IMG/VR virus record: IMGVR_UViG_3300028131_000823
Coordinates: 1 to 64,000 of that record
Strand: one strand, 5' to 3'
DNA length: 64,000 nt
In this document: positions 17,970-26,750 of the stretch, in pieces
Layout of the letters: each line of letters opens with the position of its first letter
Position numbering within the stretch: position 1 is the first letter of the stretch
The notes under the pieces: generated by a model
Told to the model about the DNA's origin: nothing
Databases searched by the model: none
What the model saw: only the letters and a program-made list of their open reading frames with translations
Made by a program: the position numbers and the translations under genes

Positions 17970-19352
17970 ATGGGTCTATTAGGAAATAAAAACAAATTTG
18001 CAAAAGCTAAAGGTAGAAGTGCTCATCCTTATGGTGATCCTACATTTCTTAGTTTCTTTTTAATGTTCGATTGGTATAGCCCAAAATCACCTTTGTTTAA
18101 TGGTGATGCAACTAATTTTTTAAGAAATGTTATAGGAGATAACAATAGAGCAGATCAACTTGAAAAATTTAAAAAGTATTTAAAGAGAATAAATCAAGAA
18201 ATGCCATGGTTTTGGCAATCAATTACTGGTTTAAATGCAGCATATGACTATGGTAAAATGGATGACGCTCTAGTATTTAAAGAAGGCGCAGAAATTGAAA
18301 TAGGTTGTTTAGAAACTTTAGACTTTACAATGGCTGGTATTTTTAATATGTATCAATCAATTGTATTAGACACTGAAAGGTATGTACAAGTTTTACCAGA
18401 TAATTTATGTTATTTTAATGTTTACGTACATGTGCAAGAAATAAGAAATTTTGTGCCATTTATTGGAAGTGGAAGTGCTGTAGAAAGAGCAATGGCAGGT
18501 ATTGAAAAGGCAAAAGGAGCTGCAAGTTCCTTAGCAGCGTTTAAAGCTGGAGACGCAGCAGACAGAAAAAAATTAATAGAAGATAACAAGGATGGTGTTT
18601 TAGGCAAAATACAAGACAGACTTAATTCTGACCAACTTGATTGGAAGTCAAAGGGATTAGGACCTAGATTTATAACTAAATTAGGAAAATGTAAGTTTAG
18701 TTATAATAATGGAATGGATATGTTTAGTGAGATAAGTAATGCTGAATTAGGAAGCCCTGTGCAACACAAATTAAAATTTAAATTTCATACAAGTAAAGTT
18801 CATGAATTTGAATATTTAACAGGTTTTAATCATGTAGATCCTGATCCTCTTAGTCCATTTAATAATGACATATTAAATGATTTAGCAAATGATGCTGTAA
18901 ATCAATTAGTTACTAAAGGAACTGCATTTGCTAAAGGAAAACTTGAAGACTTTAAAAATAAACTATTATTAGGAAACGTATACGGTGCTAATGCTCTTTC
19001 TAAAATACAAGATGTTTTTAATTCAGGTTCTATAAATGCTATAGTACCTTTAGTAAAAGGAGAAGATCCAAAAGGAGAGCCCGAAAACGTTGGAAGACCT
19101 ATAGGTGACAATGTTCACCCTGTACTTCCAGCTGACGAAGTTGCATTAGAATCTACTAAAATTTACGAAGATACTCCAGAAGAACAGCCATTAACAAGTA
19201 CTAATACAATGCCAATCGCAAGCCCGGAAGTGCCATTAGAATCTACTAGAATTTATGATGATGCTCCGGAAGAAGGCACATTGAATAGTACTAGAATTTA
19301 TGATGATGCTCCACCTGAAAGTCCATTAGAAAATAGCAATGTTTATGAGTAA
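17970..19352 (+). CDS. Probable baseplate/tail-tube-related protein with C-terminal 15-aa repeats
   Basis: Baseplate context; C-terminal repeats E-x-x-L-x-ST-x-IYDD-x-P. Confidence 0.45.
   Translation: MGLLGNKNKFAKAKGRSAHPYGDPTFLSFFLMFDWYSPKSPLFNGDATNFLRNVIGDNNRADQLEKFKKYLKRINQEMPWFWQSITGLNAAYDYGKMDDALVFKEGAEIEIGCLETLDFTMAGIFNMYQSIVLDTERYVQVLPDNLCYFNVYVHVQEIRNFVPFIGSGSAVERAMAGIEKAKGAASSLAAFKAGDAADRKKLIEDNKDGVLGKIQDRLNSDQLDWKSKGLGPRFITKLGKCKFSYNNGMDMFSEISNAELGSPVQHKLKFKFHTSKVHEFEYLTGFNHVDPDPLSPFNNDILNDLANDAVNQLVTKGTAFAKGKLEDFKNKLLLGNVYGANALSKIQDVFNSGSINAIVPLVKGEDPKGEPENVGRPIGDNVHPVLPADEVALESTKIYEDTPEEQPLTSTNTMPIASPEVPLESTRIYDDAPEEGTLNSTRIYDDAPPESPLENSNVYE
19137..19349 (+). repeat. Five degenerate 15-aa (45 bp) coding repeats
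   Basis: EVALESTKIYEDTPE / EQPLTSTNTMPIASP / EVPLESTRIYDDAPE / EGTLNSTRIYDDAPP / ESPLENSNVYE. Confidence 0.8.
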
Positions 19353-19500
19353 ACGTGGTAATAAAACTCAATTAAGAATTTTAGAATTTGCAAGAAACAT
19401 AGTGTGTGGAAAGGTAATGGATTCACCAGAAGATATTCAATTTTATTTAAACTATAGAGTAGAAATCGAAGAAACTCTAAGAAATTGGTCAGAAGATTAA
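19345..19500 (+). CDS. Hypothetical protein (51 aa), below the ORF-track cutoff
   Basis: Translated by hand: MSKRGNKTQLRILEFARNIVCGKVMDSPEDIQFYLNYRVEIEETLRNWSED*; overlaps the upstream stop and fills the gap. Confidence 0.6.
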   Translation: MSKRGNKTQLRILEFARNIVCGKVMDSPEDIQFYLNYRVEIEETLRNWSED

Positions 19501-19515
19501 CAGAATATATAATAT

Positions 19516-20238
19516 ATGAAGGCTGAAGAATTATATAAAGATAATTTAAGGGATACTCATTGGTTGGGAAAGGTTGTTGATACAGCTGATCCTTTAATTG
19601 AAGGTAGATGTCGAGTGATGGTATATGGTAAGTTTGATAAAATACCAACTGAATCAATTCCATGGGCAACATCTTCTAATAGTAATATGATAGGTAGTTA
19701 TTCTACTCCAAAATTAGGAGATATTGTTTCTGTTAACTTTGATAATGGAGATATTTACCATCCTGAATATACTTATACAATTAACAGCAAAGATAGAAAT
19801 ACATTTAAAACAGAAATATTAGAAGCGCTAGGAGCTGAGGAAGCTGTTAAAGCACAATCAATTGTATATGATGTTGATAATAAATTTAGAATCTATTATG
19901 AACCAAATGAAGGTTTAATAGTTTCAATGGGTGATGGAATTAAAACAGAGCCTTTTATAAATGTAAAACAAACGGGTGAAATACACATTCATACTGATCA
20001 AGAAGGTAAGGTTGAAGTGTTTACAGATGGAGACGTTGAGGTCAAAGGTAAAAAGGTACATGTTAATAGCCCAGCAGTTGAGCTTGGTGAACTTGCACTT
20101 GAACAAGTAATTAAAGGAAATACTTTTCAAGCTTTATTTAACACACATACTCACACTGGAAATTTAGGACTACCTACAACTCCTCCTATGGTACCATTAA
20201 CAGGAACAGAATTAAGTAAAATAACTAAAACGGAATAA
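19516..20238 (+). CDS. gp5: Baseplate central spike (gp5/gpV-like OB fold + beta-spike with HxH tip)
   Basis: WLGKVVDTADPLIEGRCRV, IPWA, P-x-LGD-x-V-x-V-x-F-x-NGD-x-YHP; C-terminal FNTHTHTGN metal-binding tip. Confidence 0.8.
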   Translation: MKAEELYKDNLRDTHWLGKVVDTADPLIEGRCRVMVYGKFDKIPTESIPWATSSNSNMIGSYSTPKLGDIVSVNFDNGDIYHPEYTYTINSKDRNTFKTEILEALGAEEAVKAQSIVYDVDNKFRIYYEPNEGLIVSMGDGIKTEPFINVKQTGEIHIHTDQEGKVEVFTDGDVEVKGKKVHVNSPAVELGELALEQVIKGNTFQALFNTHTHTGNLGLPTTPPMVPLTGTELSKITKTE

Positions 20239-20240
20239 AA

Positions 20241-20765
20241 ATGGCAAGTAAAGATACTTTAATATTTGAAGGTTTATTAAGAGCAGATGTAAAAGAACAA
20301 GAAGAAAACCTAAAACTAAGGTTAGAAGGAGGTGATTTAAATAATGTAAGACTTGATGATTTTTTAACATCTGATTATAAAGGTGAGGAATTAGTAACTC
20401 CTCCAGGTGGAATTTATAATGCTCAAAAGGAATTAGAAGAGTGGATGAATGCAAATAGACCTGCGCCCGGAGAAGACCAAGATAAAATTAAAAAGAAAAT
20501 GTGGAGACAGTTTTCAAAAGAAATGTCTAAAGAAATTTCAAAAAATATAGTAGATTGGTTAAACAAAGATGTAATTCCTAATTTAGCTGTTACTATTAAT
20601 AATCAAATTTTAGATTTAGAGTTTGATTTGACTATTCCTATAGGAGAAATAAATGTTGTAGGCACCGCAGCTGCTCAAAATAATACAACACCTATCACCT
20701 TAAGTGGAGTCCAAACTTCTGATCCTTTGACTACTACATTGGAGATTAAAACTGAAATAATTTAA
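20241..20765 (+). CDS. Hypothetical, probable spike/baseplate-associated protein
   Basis: Immediately follows the spike gene. Confidence 0.5.
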   Translation: MASKDTLIFEGLLRADVKEQEENLKLRLEGGDLNNVRLDDFLTSDYKGEELVTPPGGIYNAQKELEEWMNANRPAPGEDQDKIKKKMWRQFSKEMSKEISKNIVDWLNKDVIPNLAVTINNQILDLEFDLTIPIGEINVVGTAAAQNNTTPITLSGVQTSDPLTTTLEIKTEII

Positions 20766-20826
20766 TTTACGATATATTATAATAATATTATGATATATAA
20801 TTTACTAACACTTTAAAAAAATAAAA

Positions 20827-22026
20827 ATGATAGAAAAACAGAATGCTGACTTTTTTGATAAAGATGGCAATTTCGACTGGGATGGATATGAATCAACGTG
20901 TCCAAAAATTTTAAGAACCCCAAACCCACACATAAAAGTAGTAAACGATAAGCATAAAGTATATAGTAGAGAGCCATATGCTCAAGAAATGTATAATAAG
21001 CTTATAGGTCACATTGAAGAAAATGACATTATTACTCATATTAAATATGGATCTGCTTATAATGGTAAAGTTTTTGCAGTTACAGACATGACTGCAAGTA
21101 TTGACATTGGCTACAGACAGCTTGTTTATGTTAATTTAGAAAAAGAGGATGATGAATTCAAAGGCATGCAAACTGGAGATGAGGTTAGTGTTATTATTAC
21201 ATCATTGATGGAAGATGATAGACAACCTATAATGGGCAGTGTTAGTGAAGGAACTAAACAGGCTACTTTCCAAGAAATGTTAGGTGCTATTGAAGAACAA
21301 GATACTGCATGGGTCGGTACAGTTACTAGAATGCTATCTGCTGCTGGTTATATGGTTAATGTTAAGGGTATAGAGTGTTTTATGCCAGGTAGTCTTGCAG
21401 GCATTAATAAATTACATGATTTTGAAAGCATAGTAGGACAAGAAATCTATGTTGTACCTGTTAGTTTTTCTAAAGAAAGAAAAATAATGGTTGTATCTCA
21501 TAGAGCATATCTTAAAACATTAATTCCAGATGCTATTGAAAAATTAAAAGAAACGGCAGGTGAATATATTACTGGAAGTGTTACAGGTTCTGCTAAATAT
21601 GGAGTTTTCTGTGAATTCTCACAATGTTTAACTGGTATGATTCATGTTAATGATTTAGATGGAGATACATTGGCTAGACATAAAAATAGAGAAATAGAAC
21701 CGGGTGAAGAGATTAAGTTTAAAGTAAAAGATATTGTATCTGATACTAAAATAACCTTGACTCAAAGAGACGATGTCGAATTAAATCCATGGTTAGAAAT
21801 TAATAAGAAATTTAAAGTACCTTCTGAGGTTGAGGCTACTGTAAAAACTTGTAAAGATTATGGTTTATTCGTGGAGTTAGAAGAAGGCATTGTTGGACTA
21901 TTACATGTTAGTGAAATTGGAGAAGACAATATTAAAAAATACCGGCCAAAACAAACTATCAACGTTTTAATTACTAAAATAGAAGAAGATACTAAGAAGA
22001 TATTCTTAAAATTACCTAAGGAATAA
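20827..22026 (+). CDS. rpsA: Ribosomal protein bS1-like protein (about four S1 domains)
   Basis: Repeated S1/OB units: G-x-V...GIECFMPGS...VGQEI...VVSHRAYL; ITGSVTG...YGVFCEF...GMIHVND; EATVK...YGLFVELEEGIVGLLHVSEI. Confidence 0.8.
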   Translation: MIEKQNADFFDKDGNFDWDGYESTCPKILRTPNPHIKVVNDKHKVYSREPYAQEMYNKLIGHIEENDIITHIKYGSAYNGKVFAVTDMTASIDIGYRQLVYVNLEKEDDEFKGMQTGDEVSVIITSLMEDDRQPIMGSVSEGTKQATFQEMLGAIEEQDTAWVGTVTRMLSAAGYMVNVKGIECFMPGSLAGINKLHDFESIVGQEIYVVPVSFSKERKIMVVSHRAYLKTLIPDAIEKLKETAGEYITGSVTGSAKYGVFCEFSQCLTGMIHVNDLDGDTLARHKNREIEPGEEIKFKVKDIVSDTKITLTQRDDVELNPWLEINKKFKVPSEVEATVKTCKDYGLFVELEEGIVGLLHVSEIGEDNIKKYRPKQTINVLITKIEEDTKKIFLKLPKE

Positions 22027-22078
22027 TTTAGGTAATAAATAAATGTGATATATAAATAAATAATTTATTTTATATTGC

Positions 22079-23392
22079 ATGCTAACGTATCAAATTACAA
22101 AACATAAAAGTAAAGAATATATTTTACAAGATTCTCTTGTCGGAATAGAGTTTGAATTTTATTCCGATAAGAGTCTTGAAAATACTCAAAAGGAGCTTGC
22201 TCAATTATTAGGTAAAAAGATTAGACTAGAGGATAAAGCACATAGTGACTTTGTACCAACTGATAAAGAATTTAAAATTGAGCCAGATATGAGTGGAGGT
22301 AAAGGTCTAATGGAACTTGTTACAGGTCCAACCCCATATTCTGTTGCAAGAAATATAATACTTAAAACACTTGGCTGGATTCAAGAAAACGGCTACACTA
22401 CTGAAAAAAGTTCAATTCACCTAAATTTAAGCTTTGATCCTAAAAAAACTAATAAACCTAGTTTAATATCTAAAATGGACACTCTTAAATTTATTTTAGG
22501 ATTTAATGAAAATGAAGTTTACAAATTATTTCCAAATAGAAAAGATAGTGTATATGCTAAGTCTGTGAAATGGATAACTCCTAAAATTGATTATAATTAC
22601 TTTGAAGGACAAAACATTAATTCACATGTTTTTCATTTTGCAACTGAAAAATATTATGGAGTTAATTTTGAAAAATTACAACAAGGTTATTTAGAATTTA
22701 GATACATCGGTGGTAAAGATTATGAAAATAAAACTACTAATATTTTATACCTATTAGACCGGTTTTTACTGCAACTTTGGTCAATTGCTAATCAAACTAA
22801 ATATACTGATTTAAATTATATTGAACTTAAAAAAATTCTTAATAAAAACTATAAATTTACTGAGATATTAAAAGATTGGAGAAAGTTAAAAGATTATTAT
22901 CCTGATATTAATTTATACGTAGATTTAAAAGATAATGAAAAAATAATTGACATGTATTGGCCTAAGATATTGATGGAAGTTGTACAATTAATTAGCCATG
23001 GCGGATTAGAAAAAGGAGATATTAATTATGATAGTGATATTAGTAGAGTGCAAGTAAGTGGAGGTAAATTGCCATTTTGTTTTGATTTAAGTAATTATGA
23101 TTTTGTAGACTGTGAAATCGCGGGTTCTATAAGTTTTTGTGATATTTTTAGAAGTCAAATTAGTAATGCTACTCTATTAAGATGTAATTTATACCAAGGC
23201 ACGTCTGTTGAAGGTAGTAAAGTAGAATCATGTTATGTTAATCAAACATGTGAAGTTAAAAATAGTTATGTGTTTCAGTGGGATTCTGTATTTAAAGGTA
23301 AAATGATTGGTGGAATATTTAGACACGGTCAAATAGGTAAAGAAGCTGAATTTGACGGTACTGAAATAATAACTAGTAAAAAAATTAATTAA
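22079..23392 (+). CDS. Putative amidoligase (COOH-NH2 ligase, type 2) with C-terminal beta-helix-like region
   Basis: VGIEFEF, IEPDMS, MELVTGP, SIHLNLS, YYGVNF, YLEFRY motif series. Confidence 0.7.
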   Translation: MLTYQITKHKSKEYILQDSLVGIEFEFYSDKSLENTQKELAQLLGKKIRLEDKAHSDFVPTDKEFKIEPDMSGGKGLMELVTGPTPYSVARNIILKTLGWIQENGYTTEKSSIHLNLSFDPKKTNKPSLISKMDTLKFILGFNENEVYKLFPNRKDSVYAKSVKWITPKIDYNYFEGQNINSHVFHFATEKYYGVNFEKLQQGYLEFRYIGGKDYENKTTNILYLLDRFLLQLWSIANQTKYTDLNYIELKKILNKNYKFTEILKDWRKLKDYYPDINLYVDLKDNEKIIDMYWPKILMEVVQLISHGGLEKGDINYDSDISRVQVSGGKLPFCFDLSNYDFVDCEIAGSISFCDIFRSQISNATLLRCNLYQGTSVEGSKVESCYVNQTCEVKNSYVFQWDSVFKGKMIGGIFRHGQIGKEAEFDGTEIITSKKIN

Positions 23393-23394
23393 AA

Positions 23395-24240
23395 ATGAGT
23401 GATATTAGAAGCGGCGATAATATAGATTTAAGTCAAGGTAGAGATTATGGGACTGATTGTTTAACTGAATTCTTAAATGAAATTGGTTCAGAAATAACAG
23501 GAGCATGTATGGTACCTCTTAATTTGCCACAAGCTGAAATAATAAACATTATAAAAAGAGCAGTAAAATGGTTCCGGAAAAATTATGAATATAGTCTTAG
23601 AGAAAACTATTTTCATGTACCTAATGGAGTTTTTAGTAGTCAAAGTTTTAAGACAACTAGAACTTTAAACTTTCCAAAGGAAAATGCAACATCAGGTGCT
23701 GGTGAAGTCTTTTCAATATATGGAGTGTATGACCTTGCATCTGGTTGGAATACAGGTGGAAGTGGATTAGATTTAAGATTTGCAGGCGGTGCTGATTTTA
23801 ATATTGAAAAAATGTTTTTTAGTAATTCATTTGCAGGAACAGGAGCAGCTGAATCTGCAGAAGAACTTCAATATTATGTAATTAACCAAAGTTATTTTGA
23901 TATGGCTCGTCAAATCCTAGAAAACCCTTTGAGTTTTCACTATTCACAACTAACAGGTCAGCTTAAATTTATGGGAGATACTCCTAAAGGTGATGTAATA
24001 ATTGAGTGTTATGAAAGTATTGAAAACTGTGCATTATATAATGATGAAATATTTTTTAGATATGTTGCAGCTAAAGTAAAACAAGCCGTTGGTGCTAAAT
24101 TAGGAGTCTTTAAATTCTCTTTACCAGGTGGTGTTGAAATTGATTATGATGGCATTAAAGGCATGGGTGACGAAGAAATGGATAGAGTGCTTGAGGAAAT
24201 TAAAGGAGATGAAGGTGTTGACTGGATGTTTCACTCATAA
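23395..24240 (+). CDS. gp13: Neck protein gp13-like
   Basis: C-terminal LPGGVEIDYDGIK-x-x-GDEEM..LEEI resembles gp13 LPGGV-x-x-xG..A..EI; structural context. Confidence 0.7.
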   Translation: MSDIRSGDNIDLSQGRDYGTDCLTEFLNEIGSEITGACMVPLNLPQAEIINIIKRAVKWFRKNYEYSLRENYFHVPNGVFSSQSFKTTRTLNFPKENATSGAGEVFSIYGVYDLASGWNTGGSGLDLRFAGGADFNIEKMFFSNSFAGTGAAESAEELQYYVINQSYFDMARQILENPLSFHYSQLTGQLKFMGDTPKGDVIIECYESIENCALYNDEIFFRYVAAKVKQAVGAKLGVFKFSLPGGVEIDYDGIKGMGDEEMDRVLEEIKGDEGVDWMFHS

Positions 24241-24259
24241 AAAAACGGATAAATAATTA

Positions 24260-24616
24260 ATGGAACTGTATATCAAAACATTAGGCGACCCTAACTATGA
24301 TCCAAAAAGAGTAGATGTAGAGAATGAATTAAGTCAACTTTTAATTCAAATCGAAACACTTCTTTTTACAAGTAGTGGAGATGTATTAGGAAATACTAGA
24401 TTCGGTGTTGATTTAGAACAAATGATATATGATTTTCAATTTAATGAATTTGAAATAAAAAGAGTAATAGAAGATCAGATAGAGGAGTATTGTCCAAATT
24501 CTGGTAAATATAAGACTAAGGTAGATATTAATTTTACAAGAGGTGAAGTAAGAGATATTGCTCAAATAAATATAACAGTAGACTCTAAGTATTTGATTGG
24601 AGTTTATGTAAATTAA
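24260..24616 (+). CDS. gp25: Baseplate wedge gp25-like
   Basis: 118 aa; IETLLFTSSGDVLGNTRFGVDLEQMIY, the gp25 T-x-x-GE-R...FG pattern; precedes gp6. Confidence 0.75.
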   Translation: MELYIKTLGDPNYDPKRVDVENELSQLLIQIETLLFTSSGDVLGNTRFGVDLEQMIYDFQFNEFEIKRVIEDQIEEYCPNSGKYKTKVDINFTRGEVRDIAQINITVDSKYLIGVYVN

Positions 24617-24627
24617 AAGATTAAAGA

Positions 24628-26481
24628 ATGGCAGATTTTAAATTTTTAGATAAGGCTAGAGTAACTGCTGGAAACATAGTAGAAGACTCTAGATCATATT
24701 TAAGTAGAGTCTATAAAAAGGCTGGTAATTATTTTACAACAGCTTCACCGTTTTCTCAAATACTTGAGGTAATGGCTGAAATGAATGAGATGCTTATGTT
24801 CTATATAGAGGACTCTACTGTAGAGCAGAATATTTATACAGCTCAACAGCCTGAATCTATTCACGGACTTGCAAGACTTGCAGGGCATGATGCTACTAGA
24901 GGTTTCGCGGCAACTGGAGAAATAAGATTTAGATGGAAGCCTGGTGTAACAGAAGATGTTGCTGGAAGTAATTTAATAATTGAGCCAAATACTGAAATTC
25001 AATATGATAACAATGGTTTAATTTATTTTTTAAGAACTGATAAAGATGAGTTCTTATTACCAAAGAGTAGTAACGATTGGGTTAGAGCAAATATTATACA
25101 AGGTAAATTAGAGTCTCAAACCTTAACAAGTACAGGTGAAAGTATGCAAAGCTTTAATATTCAATCTAAAGGAACGACTGACCATGCTTTAGTAAAGGTA
25201 AGTGTTAATGGAGAACAATGGACAAAGTTTAATTCATTATACGAAATGTTAGCCACTGATAAAGGTTGTTTAGTAAAGACTGGAATTAGTGGAGGAATGG
25301 ATGTTTATTTCGGAACTGGTAACTTTGGTATAATTCCACCAAGTGGAGCTACTATCGAAATAGAATATATTAAATGTGATGGTGCAGCTGGAAATCTTAA
25401 CCAAGCAGGAGATCTTACATTTAAATGGTTAGGTGAAGGTAAGGACTCAACTGGAGATACACATGACCTAAACGAATTATTAGAAATGGAGACTTCAACT
25501 TCTCCTTTTATGGGAGCAGATCCTGAAAGTACTGAATTTACGAAGTTAATGGCACCACTTGCAAGCAAGAGTTTTGTACTTGCAAATCCAGATGCATATG
25601 AATATTTCTTAAGTAGATATGCGCAGTTTAGTTATTTAGATGCATATAATACTACGAACGATGGTTATTTAGATGATGACAATGTTATTTATATTTTTGC
25701 AATTCCAGATTTAGAGAAAAGATTATTAAAAGGGACAGATTATTTTTCAGTTGACGAAAGCGAGTTTTTCTTTGGAAAAGACGAAACCGATAGAATGCTT
25801 GGTGTAATTGAAGATAGTGGGCAGCAAATGGTTACAAGTGAAGCAATATTTGTAGAGCCGGAAGCTGTTAAATATAGAATGGATATTTCTATTAGATGGT
25901 TTGAAGGATTTAAGCAACAAGATATTTTCAATGACATTAGAGCGGCTATCTCAAATTATCTAATAAAAATTGTACGAAGAGATAAACTACCTAAGAGTGA
26001 TATTATTGCAATCATAGAAGGTATCGAAGGTGTAGATGCGGTAAATGTACAATTTGTATCAAGTATTGAGGAGCAAGCAAGAAAGGATGGATTTTATAAT
26101 TATACTGAAGTTACTGTAACGCCATCAACTCCTGAATTAGAAGGAGCAGATGGAGATCAAAAAAGACTTGTATTTTTTAAGAGAACTGAAGAAATTAAGA
26201 AGATAGTATTAGAAAATCCTGACTTATTAATACCAGTTACTGGAGATAAGCAAATAGAAGACTGGTATAATAAAATAGGACTTGACAGATATGGTGATAT
26301 TATTTTAGACAAGCAAGAAGTTGCAATATTTAGAGGAGGCTGGGAAGATAGAGATGGAGAACTAGTAAAAGATGAGCCATCAATTGGAGAAATGGCTTCA
26401 ATGTCTTTATACTTTGATAACCCACCTGTGCCAAGAACTATTTATAGTAGAGTACAGGCTGGAAATAGAAGCGCATTATAA
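24628..26481 (+). CDS. gp6: Baseplate wedge gp6/J-like
   Basis: ILEVMAE...YIEDSTVE..IYTAQ..SI..LA...G; Y-x-x-x-x-GAAGN; follows gp25. Confidence 0.8.
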   Translation: MADFKFLDKARVTAGNIVEDSRSYLSRVYKKAGNYFTTASPFSQILEVMAEMNEMLMFYIEDSTVEQNIYTAQQPESIHGLARLAGHDATRGFAATGEIRFRWKPGVTEDVAGSNLIIEPNTEIQYDNNGLIYFLRTDKDEFLLPKSSNDWVRANIIQGKLESQTLTSTGESMQSFNIQSKGTTDHALVKVSVNGEQWTKFNSLYEMLATDKGCLVKTGISGGMDVYFGTGNFGIIPPSGATIEIEYIKCDGAAGNLNQAGDLTFKWLGEGKDSTGDTHDLNELLEMETSTSPFMGADPESTEFTKLMAPLASKSFVLANPDAYEYFLSRYAQFSYLDAYNTTNDGYLDDDNVIYIFAIPDLEKRLLKGTDYFSVDESEFFFGKDETDRMLGVIEDSGQQMVTSEAIFVEPEAVKYRMDISIRWFEGFKQQDIFNDIRAAISNYLIKIVRRDKLPKSDIIAIIEGIEGVDAVNVQFVSSIEEQARKDGFYNYTEVTVTPSTPELEGADGDQKRLVFFKRTEEIKKIVLENPDLLIPVTGDKQIEDWYNKIGLDRYGDIILDKQEVAIFRGGWEDRDGELVKDEPSIGEMASMSLYFDNPPVPRTIYSRVQAGNRSAL

Positions 26482-26750
26482 TGGGACTATACGACGATTT
26501 ATACAGATATAAAAGAGAAAAGATTTATGACATTAAAAAGTCTGCCAAAGATAATAAAAAGTATTTAGGCTATGATTATAAAAATGACTTAATAACTAAT
26601 AGAGTTTCTAGGCACATTGTTAGAAATCAAACCATTCTTGATTTTTTACAATTCTGTACTGACTATTATTACAATACTATTAAACAAATTCGTGTAATGA
26701 AAAATTGGAAAAATTACACAGCAAACAAAGATGATAAAAATATAAGATAA
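26481..26750 (+). CDS. Hypothetical baseplate-region protein
   Basis: 89 aa, TAATG-coupled to both neighbours. Confidence 0.55.
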   Translation: MGLYDDLYRYKREKIYDIKKSAKDNKKYLGYDYKNDLITNRVSRHIVRNQTILDFLQFCTDYYYNTIKQIRVMKNWKNYTANKDDKNIR

